From positions 320,787 through 384,786 of the forward strand of contig JADJAG010000001.1 in assembly GCA_016704325.1 (NCBI GenBank): 64,000 nt of DNA, in the 5' to 3' direction. Origin of the DNA: Chitinophagaceae bacterium (lineage in GTDB: Bacteria > Bacteroidota > Bacteroidia > Chitinophagales > UBA10324). The position numbers and the translations under genes were made by a program. The notes below the pieces were generated by a model. The model saw only the letters and a program-made list of their open reading frames with translations, did not search any database and was not told the origin of the DNA. Shown here one piece after another: positions 57,096-64,000 of this stretch (the first letter of the stretch is position 1; every line of letters begins with the position of its first letter).

Positions 57096-59195
57096 CTATT
57101 CAACTGAAATCTTCTTCAACCAATGCTGATCGCCTGTATTTGCAAATAACAGGTAGGTACCTGCAGCTAAATTGCTGACATCAATTGATAAAGGCTGGCC
57201 TGTTTCAAAAGGTTCAAAGTGCGATTCCGATAAAGAAACACCCAGTATATTCAGTATTTCAACAGTCAGGGATTGCTGAAGTTCGTTAGCTACCATTACC
57301 TGAATGCTATTAGTAGCTGGATTGGGATAAACTTCAATACTTGCGGCAGGCTTTATCATTCCAAATGACTTTTGTGGCAGTGTAGAAAAAGTGGCCAGGT
57401 CTGAAAAAGTTGATATCATACCATTACTGCAAATAGTCTGCACATGCCATTCATAGCCCGTACCCGGAAGCAGGTTGTTAAGTGTTTTTGAAGAGGTGCC
57501 ATCATCGATGGTCTTATTCAGCCAATTGGATTCCCCAATCTTGCGATGCTGCAGTTTATATTCTGATGCTCCATTTGCTGCCGTCCATTTTAGTACTGCC
57601 GAATTGGAAGTAATCTCTTTTGTTTTCATATTAGCAGATAGTGGGCGCGGACATGGATTCCATTCATACTTATGGGCACGGTAAATGACATCATTATACG
57701 TATCCTTAAGGCGCATTTCCCAGACGATCTCATTATCCGGTGTAACTTCCGTCAGGTTAGGAAATTCTTTATCCGGCAGAATAGCTCCCCAGTTGATGAG
57801 TGTATTTCCATTGCTTAACCGTTGCACACTACCCAAAGCAGAGCCATAAACATTCTGTCCATTTACCTGAGGATGCTTATAAGTCCATACTGCAGTAGCT
57901 ATTTTATTCACTTCATCAAGGTGATACTCACGGGCATAAGAACATAAACTGCCATGAAAATTTCCATTATCGAACAGGGTAATATTCCCATTCGCTAACC
58001 TTCTTGCATCATGTTGATAGGTGAACCATATAGAGTCATTAACCAGTGTAAATTCGTTTTTGACACCTCCCAGGCGCCAGATGAATTCACCGGTATTCAC
58101 ATCAATTTTATTTACCTGGTCGAGATGGCGGCATGATATGATGATATTTCCATCAACATCTTCTTCTATTGAGTTTCCATGTACGTAGTCGATCTTAGAA
58201 CTTGTAAAAGTTGCGTGAGGTGCTTCAATCACCGGAATATGGTCGAGGCTTCTCCATTCAAAAAGCATATTCTTATCCTTATCAAATTTCTGTATCACCA
58301 ATCCTGTAATAGAGGCATTTGGATGATAAGACGGGTCATATACAGTAAGATCCATGAAAGTATAAGAATAGCCCTGCACATAGTAATGTCCGTCGGGGAA
58401 AATCTGAAAATCATGTATGTCAGTAATGTATCCATTCTTTGTAGAGAAGTTTTCCATATAAACTAAAGAAGAATCAAATAGCTGAAACTTAGCCGGGAAT
58501 TTATAATACATACTTATATATCCATTCTTATTGATTTTAAAATCCCATCCGCGGACATCTGATCCGCTGGAATAGATTGAATCACCATTATTGGTCATGA
58601 TACAATGATGGTAGGTCTCATACCCATAGAAATTATAGTTGTGAAAAAAAATCTCTCCGGGCGATGGATTTGTGTTGGTGGTTATATACATCGGCGGCAA
58701 AGATGCGCCTGCGTTAGGGCCTTTCTTCTGAGCAGGTTGATCGGCATAACCCCTTCCAAATTCCTCCTCCCATTCCTGTTCTCTGGCGCCGGCTATTCTT
58801 TCTTTTTCCTCCTGAGTATAGGTTCTATGTATGGAAAAGCTAAAACTTGCAGGTTTTACAAATGTGCCATCTGTTCGTCTTAGTGAATTGCCTACTGTTA
58901 CCGTAACCTTTTCTCCTTCGGTAAATGGAACAAGCGGATTGAGAATAATAGTCCGTTGATCACGACAAAGCACAAGCTCAAAATCATGTTTCCCGCTGAT
59001 CGATCCCACTAGGGAAAAGAGATTTTTTTTATTTATCGAAGCGGCATCAATCAATGCACCATCTCTGATAATAATGTTGCGTTCCGGATTATGATCAGCC
59101 GAGCCGGGCAGCGGTGAAACAAACTGCATTTGTGCTGAGACATAATTGCTGGCCAGGAAGCACAAAACAAGGTAAAGTGTAAAAGGTATTTTCAT
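57096..59195 (-). CDS. T9SS-exported arylsulfotransferase(ASST)-like beta-propeller protein, paralog 1 (Ig-like N-domain, propeller, FN3, CTD)
   Basis: Signal peptide ..YVSA/QM. Ig-like segment FTEGEKVTVTV. Propeller motifs are DIHDFQIFPDGH, DYVHGNSIE.DVDGNIIISCRHLDQV and YQHDARRLANGNITLFDNGN. FN3 segment SAVLKWTA..GASEYKLQHR...LPGTGYEWHVQ. CTD segment IEVYPNPATN...AGTYLLF. Confidence 0.75.
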   Translation of the reverse strand: MKIPFTLYLVLCFLASNYVSAQMQFVSPLPGSADHNPERNIIIRDGALIDAASINKKNLFSLVGSISGKHDFELVLCRDQRTIILNPLVPFTEGEKVTVTVGNSLRRTDGTFVKPASFSFSIHRTYTQEEKERIAGAREQEWEEEFGRGYADQPAQKKGPNAGASLPPMYITTNTNPSPGEIFFHNYNFYGYETYHHCIMTNNGDSIYSSGSDVRGWDFKINKNGYISMYYKFPAKFQLFDSSLVYMENFSTKNGYITDIHDFQIFPDGHYYVQGYSYTFMDLTVYDPSYHPNASITGLVIQKFDKDKNMLFEWRSLDHIPVIEAPHATFTSSKIDYVHGNSIEEDVDGNIIISCRHLDQVNKIDVNTGEFIWRLGGVKNEFTLVNDSIWFTYQHDARRLANGNITLFDNGNFHGSLCSYAREYHLDEVNKIATAVWTYKHPQVNGQNVYGSALGSVQRLSNGNTLINWGAILPDKEFPNLTEVTPDNEIVWEMRLKDTYNDVIYRAHKYEWNPCPRPLSANMKTKEITSNSAVLKWTAANGASEYKLQHRKIGESNWLNKTIDDGTSSKTLNNLLPGTGYEWHVQTICSNGMISTFSDLATFSTLPQKSFGMIKPAASIEVYPNPATNSIQVMVANELQQSLTVEILNILGVSLSESHFEPFETGQPLSIDVSNLAAGTYLLFANTGDQHWLKKISVE

Positions 59196-59309
59196 ACTGT
59201 GGAATTAATTAGAGTAAGTGGTAAAATACGTGTCGGGAAAGTTAGAAAACTTCTGTGATAGAAACTCCGCGCCAAATTCGCAGCCGGTGTAACCAAAACA
59301 ACACCTGTC

Positions 59310-61391
59310 TTAAAAGACAATCACCTTCTCGATTTTACTGAAGCGTTCACTTGTAATACTCAAAAAGTAACAACCCGGACTAAGATGCCTGATATCAATC
59401 TGGTATTGCTGATCACTATTTTGAACCGGGGCATTTACCTGGCATCCTGCCGCATCAATAATCGTCAGGCTCACATTTGCCTCCTGCAATCCGCTAACGG
59501 TAAGCCATGCATTAACAGGATTGGGATACACCTTACAAGTGACTGCAATATCCACCCCGTTTTCAATTCTAAGCGGTAATGTTTCAAATTTTTTAACCTT
59601 GCTGCCAGTGGAAAGAGGGATAATGTTTGTATCACATTTAGATTGAATAAACCATTGATACTTTGTACCAGGAGCCAGATCATTCAATAGTTTAATATTG
59701 TCCGGTGAAGATTTTGTAAGCCAGCTGCTATCTGCGACTTTTTTATAGTAGATCGTATAACCGGTTGCATTGGTCGCATGTCCCCAACTTAACTTAACAG
59801 AGGATTGTGTGATGTTGGATGCTTTCAGTGTTTTCTCGCTTGGACGTGCGCAGGGTGTCCAACTGTAACGATGTGCTCTGTAGATCACCCCCTTTTTGCT
59901 TTCATCAAGTGTCATTTCCCAGACAATATTTCCAAGGCTGTCTACTTCCGTAAGGTTTGGGGAACCCTTTCCTAACGAAGTTCCAGCATAGATAGAACCC
60001 CAATTGATCAAAGTATTCCCATTTGGCAGGCGCTGCACATTGCCCATTGCAAAACCTCGCACAGGTTTACCATTTATGAAAGGGTGTACATAGGACCAGA
60101 CTTTCGAGACCGTCATGTCAGCTTCATTAATCCGGTATTCCTTGGCAAAAGAAGCTTTTACAGGATGGTAATTCCCATTATCATACAGGGTAATATTTCC
60201 ATTGGCGATTCGTCTTGCATCATGCTGATAGTTGAAGCGAAGGGTATCATTAAGAAAAGTAAATTCATTTTTTACTCCACCCAGTCTCCAGATAAAATTG
60301 CCGGTAGCACGGTCAATCTTGATCACCTGATCCAAATTCCTGCAAGACAATAATAAATTCCCGTCAGTGTCTATATCTATGGAGTTGGCATGTACATAGT
60401 CAATAAAGCCGAAAAACAAAGTTTCATGAAGCGCTTCTGTTATTTCAATATGATCCCAGCTTCTCCATTCAAAAATTACATTTTGCGAGGCATCAAGTTC
60501 CTGCAATATAGCACCCACAACGGTGGCATTAGCGCTGTAGTCAGGGTCATAAACAGTCATATCAATAACCTGATAATCGAGGCCAATAAGGAAGGAATGA
60601 CCATCAGGCAAAATGAGGAAATCATGAATATCGGTTATATAGCCATTGGCTGCCTTAAACGACTGAATAGTATTAAAGGAAGAATCAAACATGTCATAGG
60701 CATCGGTAGTTTCATTATAAGAAGTTAAATAGCCGTTACGGTTGAGATCAAAGTTGAGTCCCTTTTCCTGCGATTCATGCCTGAAAATAAAATGACCATC
60801 GCTGGTCATAATCTGAGCCTGATCTATATTGTAACCCAGGAGACTAAAGTGGTGATAGAACAGGTCGCCTGGCGCCGGGTTGATATTGACATTAATTGTA
60901 AATGGCCCATTCCCTTCCTGCGGGTCATCAAAACCTGTTTCCTCCTGTACTCCAAAATCTTCCAGCAAAACTTTCTTTCTGTAAGCTGCAAACTGTTGCT
61001 CAGCTTCTATTGTACGATGAGGGCGGGTATAAAAATTAAAGGTGTATTCATTCAATGCTTCTCCTGACAGTTTATAGATTCCTTTCTTAATAGTAACGGT
61101 AACTTCTTCCGAAACCACAAAAGGCTGAGCGGGGATCAGCAAGATGGTTTTACCATCGTCAGCAAGTTTAATATCTAAAACATGGGTTTTACTTTCCGAC
61201 CCTACTACCTCAAATAATTCAGGATTTCGAATAGTAGATTCATCAATCAGGCTGCCGTCGCGTATTATTATTGTGCACTCAGGATTGTGAAATTTTGATC
61301 CGGGTGCCGGAGAAATAAACTCATACTGTGCTGATGCCGGTTTAATGCACCAAATCATGGCAATAAAAATGTAAAGTTGCGGTTTCATCAT
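59310..61391 (-). CDS. T9SS-exported ASST-like beta-propeller protein, paralog 2
   Basis: Same architecture as paralog 1: DIHDFLILPDGH, DYVHANSIDIDTDGNLLLSCRNLDQV, YQHDARRIANGNITLYDNGN, an FN3 domain, and KVYPNPVNAW...PGCYFLS. Confidence 0.75.
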   Translation of the reverse strand: MMKPQLYIFIAMIWCIKPASAQYEFISPAPGSKFHNPECTIIIRDGSLIDESTIRNPELFEVVGSESKTHVLDIKLADDGKTILLIPAQPFVVSEEVTVTIKKGIYKLSGEALNEYTFNFYTRPHRTIEAEQQFAAYRKKVLLEDFGVQEETGFDDPQEGNGPFTINVNINPAPGDLFYHHFSLLGYNIDQAQIMTSDGHFIFRHESQEKGLNFDLNRNGYLTSYNETTDAYDMFDSSFNTIQSFKAANGYITDIHDFLILPDGHSFLIGLDYQVIDMTVYDPDYSANATVVGAILQELDASQNVIFEWRSWDHIEITEALHETLFFGFIDYVHANSIDIDTDGNLLLSCRNLDQVIKIDRATGNFIWRLGGVKNEFTFLNDTLRFNYQHDARRIANGNITLYDNGNYHPVKASFAKEYRINEADMTVSKVWSYVHPFINGKPVRGFAMGNVQRLPNGNTLINWGSIYAGTSLGKGSPNLTEVDSLGNIVWEMTLDESKKGVIYRAHRYSWTPCARPSEKTLKASNITQSSVKLSWGHATNATGYTIYYKKVADSSWLTKSSPDNIKLLNDLAPGTKYQWFIQSKCDTNIIPLSTGSKVKKFETLPLRIENGVDIAVTCKVYPNPVNAWLTVSGLQEANVSLTIIDAAGCQVNAPVQNSDQQYQIDIRHLSPGCYFLSITSERFSKIEKVIVF

Positions 61392-61594
61392 ATTAATTTG
61401 ACTTCAAAATAATAAATTCCTTTTGATTGATTTTCCATGCATTTATTAGGAATGCATCCGTTAATTCCAATGCAAAATGTTATACCGATTGAAGTAATGA
61501 TAATTGCAATACAGCGCAAATACAAGCTGTATTTTGTAAAATGCTGTTTGGAAAAATAAAATTGAAACAAAAAAAGAATTATGCAAAAATTGCT

Positions 61595-63676
61595 TCAGTT
61601 CAGGATTATATTAAATAATCGCTGTTGGTTGCTATAAGTCATTTTCAGAATGTACAAACCTCGAGGCAATCCTCCTACCGGAACAGCAAATGATTTACCG
61701 GCTTCCATTGTTTCGAACTCTTTGTGATACCATTCTTTGCCTAATACATCGATCAGCACTAATTGCGCATCTGCAATTCCGGATCTCTTAACGATGCAAT
61801 TCAACTGATCTCTGGCTGGATTTGGAAACACGATAATTTCAATTCCTACCGTGCCTGTATCAACGGGGATTGACATCGTAGTGAAGTTTTGTTCACTAGT
61901 AGCGGCGAAAGCATCTCCTTTAGCATGGCATAGTGCCTGTATTCGCCAGTGATATGTTGTAGCCGGAACCAGATCTTTCAACAGTAAGAAAGTGGAAGTT
62001 GGAGGTAGCAATAAACTGTCCCAATCGAAGGCGTCAACGGACTGATACTGTATAAGGTAAGAGCCTGCATTTCTTACAGGCGACCAGGAAATGATGGCTG
62101 CCACTTCAGAAATAACCATTGCATTAATAGAATCTATTTCCGTTGGGATACAAGGACTCCATTCATAGCGATGTGCCCGATAGACCACTAAGAAATTAGT
62201 ATCCGTGAAATGCATTTCCCAAACAATATTTCCGACGCTGTCAATCTCCGTCATATTTGGTGCTTCTGATCCCGGTGGTATGTAGCCCCAATTGATAAAG
62301 GTATTTCCATTGTCAAGCCGTTGTGCATTACCCATGGCCCAACTCTGAAGATTGGCACCATTGATCAACGGATGCGAATAGGAGAAAACAAGGCTGGCCG
62401 TTTTATTCACTTCATCCAATTCATACTCTTTGAAAGAAGCCACGGGTGGTATGTGATAGCAACCATTATCGAAAATGGTGATGTGGCCGTTTGGCAGGCG
62501 CCTGCAGTCATGCTGATAGTTGAACTGCAATGGATCATTCAGGAAATCAAACTCATTTTTCTCCCCTCCCATTCTCCACATGACCTCACCTGTTGTCCGG
62601 CTTATTTTTAATATCTGATCAAGCTTCCTGCATGAAACCAACAAATTACTGTCATCATCCAGTTCAATAGAATTTAAATGAACATAGTCAATGTAATCTC
62701 CCCAGAAGTAAGTATGCTGCGCTTCTGTAATTTCAATATGATCCCAGCTTCTCCATTCAAAAACAAGATTCTTATCTGCATCCAGCTCCTGCAGGATAGC
62801 GCCTACCACAGTCGCATTCTCCTTATAATTGGGATTGTAGATAGTCATGTCAACTATTTGCGGATCATATGCCATTAGGAAAGAATGGCCATTTGGCAAT
62901 AGAATAAATTCATGCGCATCCGTAGTATAACCTTGCGTTGCATACTTATCAATTATGTTATAGGTGGAATCCCATACTTCGAAATAGGAAGAATCCGAAT
63001 TAAATACTGTTAAATATCCATTTTTATTGATATCGAAGGTGCCGCCCTTTTCCGTCGTTTTTTGAGAATAGACAGAGTCCCCATCACTCGACATGATGCA
63101 GATATGGTTTGTAGGTTCTCCTTCGAAATTAAAACTATAGAAGAAGATATCTCCCGGCGCAGGATTAGTATTGGTATCTATTACAAACCGAGGAAAATCT
63201 TCAGCACTCCTCACTTCCTGTGGAATTTGGCGAATAGCCCCAAAACTTGCCGCTATCAGGTCGCGCTTTGCAAATTCCAGCAACTTTATTTCTTCCAAGG
63301 AGTAATCGGGTCGAACCTGGAAAGAAAAAGTAAATCCTTCAATAAAGTTGTTTTGTACTGTTCTTAAGTAGTTATCATCAATGGACACTGTGACGATTTC
63401 TCCAGGAGTAAAGGGATGCACCGGCTTCAAGAGTATTGTTTTATTACCTCCGGTCAATTTTGTTTTCATGTGGTGCAATCCACTCTTTTCACCGATAACG
63501 GAATACCAATTCTCCCCGTTGATTCCTGTTGCTATCAACGGATCACTGGTCTTAAGAATTATGGTTCTGTTCGTCAGATGATACTTAGATCCGGGAACCG
63601 GTGCAACATAAACAAACTGCGCTACCGATGTTTCAAAAAAGAAGATTAATAGGAATGGAAGTATTAGTAATCTCAT
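61595..63676 (-). CDS. T9SS-exported ASST-like beta-propeller protein, paralog 3
   Basis: ATG 63676 gives MRLLILPFLLIFFFETSVA/QF. Motifs are DAHEFILLPNGH, DYVHLNSIELDDDSNLLVSCRKLDQI, YQHDCRRLPNGHITIFDNGC, an FN3 domain, and VFPNPARDQL...RGLYILK. Confidence 0.75.
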   Translation of the reverse strand: MRLLILPFLLIFFFETSVAQFVYVAPVPGSKYHLTNRTIILKTSDPLIATGINGENWYSVIGEKSGLHHMKTKLTGGNKTILLKPVHPFTPGEIVTVSIDDNYLRTVQNNFIEGFTFSFQVRPDYSLEEIKLLEFAKRDLIAASFGAIRQIPQEVRSAEDFPRFVIDTNTNPAPGDIFFYSFNFEGEPTNHICIMSSDGDSVYSQKTTEKGGTFDINKNGYLTVFNSDSSYFEVWDSTYNIIDKYATQGYTTDAHEFILLPNGHSFLMAYDPQIVDMTIYNPNYKENATVVGAILQELDADKNLVFEWRSWDHIEITEAQHTYFWGDYIDYVHLNSIELDDDSNLLVSCRKLDQILKISRTTGEVMWRMGGEKNEFDFLNDPLQFNYQHDCRRLPNGHITIFDNGCYHIPPVASFKEYELDEVNKTASLVFSYSHPLINGANLQSWAMGNAQRLDNGNTFINWGYIPPGSEAPNMTEIDSVGNIVWEMHFTDTNFLVVYRAHRYEWSPCIPTEIDSINAMVISEVAAIISWSPVRNAGSYLIQYQSVDAFDWDSLLLPPTSTFLLLKDLVPATTYHWRIQALCHAKGDAFAATSEQNFTTMSIPVDTGTVGIEIIVFPNPARDQLNCIVKRSGIADAQLVLIDVLGKEWYHKEFETMEAGKSFAVPVGGLPRGLYILKMTYSNQQRLFNIILN

Positions 63677-63811
63677 ACTATATAAAATGTACTCTACCGC
63701 AAAACAGCTGAAGTGGTTCAAATTCTCGCTAGTATTTTGACCAGACAGCGAAAATCAGTCCAAACTTCTACAATGTGGGAATGAGGATAAGGATAGCTAT
63801 GAATCAGTCAT

Positions 63812-64000
63812 TTATAACCACCCTAACGTATCAGCCACTCTTTCGACCGTCCAATATATGGCAATAAAAGCAATAATAGCGGAAAGTGGAATTACAATTC
63901 TTTGACGATACCAGGGCTGATTTGCAAACCATTTACCGAAAACCAGGAATGCAAGAAGTATAACAGTCATCTGTCCAAACTCAACGCCAAGATTGAAAGT
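63812..64000 (-). CDS. 3' end of a HupE/UreJ-like membrane protein gene (partial)
   Basis: The reverse strand reads ...TFNLGVEFGQMTVILLAFLVFGKWF...IPLSAIIAFIAIYWTVERVADTLGWL*, with the stop at 63814-63812. The GVE.GQ helix is typical of HupE/UreJ_2 as I recall it. Confidence 0.4.
   Translation of the reverse strand, partial: TFNLGVEFGQMTVILLAFLVFGKWFANQPWYRQRIVIPLSAIIAFIAIYWTVERVADTLGWL

Noticed and set aside
57059-59345. An identical 13-mer ttttactgaagcg occurs downstream of paralog 1 (57059-57071) and inside the CTD-coding end of paralog 2 (59333-59345). It could be a relic of a fourth paralog.
   Set aside because: Dozens of 13-mer coincidences are expected by chance in 64 kb. Translation of the surrounding intergenic DNA gives no CTD-like or propeller-like sequence.
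58179-62878. Antisense ORFs 58179-58466, 60390-60728 and 62678-62878 resemble each other (for example FCYFNMIPASPFKNYIL and FCNFNMIPASPFKNKIL). This could look like a conserved overlapping gene.
   Set aside because: The similarity follows automatically from the paralogy of the sense-strand ASST-like genes. The antisense frames have different lengths and boundaries in each copy.

Overview
AT-rich 64-kb chromosomal segment that looks like a Bacteroidota genome. The reasons are five exported proteins ending in T9SS (Por) C-terminal sorting domains, exact TAnnTTTG -7 promoter boxes just upstream of many start codons, no Shine-Dalgarno usage, and many phylum-typical DUF families. I support about 64 protein-coding genes. 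I recognised no rRNA, tRNA, CRISPR array, transposase, integrase, prophage or known defence system.

Most of the window is housekeeping: thiolase, trmD, yajC, coaE, lon, clpB, queG, miaE, tilS, holA, purC and an ABC importer.

The parts worth a second look:
1. A tightly packed six-gene operon (221-4437). It is built around a eukaryote-like VTC/TTM polyphosphate-polymerase domain, a DUF4956 membrane partner, an outer-membrane barrel and three exported proteins.
2. Next to it, an Omp85-family outer-membrane protein whose N-terminal domain carries a lipid/protein-kinase-like signature. Its gene overlaps that of a beta-propeller lipoprotein.
3. A light/B12-type carotenoid module: a CarH/LitR-like MerR regulator with intact Wx9EH and ExHxxG motifs, an ECF sigma factor with no anti-sigma gene but a PrsW-type protease, crtI-crtB, and an unknown exported protein translationally coupled to crtB. 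A roughly 31-bp motif is shared by the crtI and sigma upstream regions.
4. Three tandem, diverged T9SS-exported arylsulfotransferase-like beta-propeller paralogs.
5. A complete GDP-heptose (HddA/GmhA/HddC/GmhB) cassette with no adjacent glycosyltransferase.
6. Two EGF-like lipoprotein paralogs, one interrupted by a single in-frame TGA.
7. A lipoprotein whose 14-aa tandem repeat is recoded at nearly every wobble position.

All family assignments come from motifs read by eye and remembered family signatures. No database search was run.
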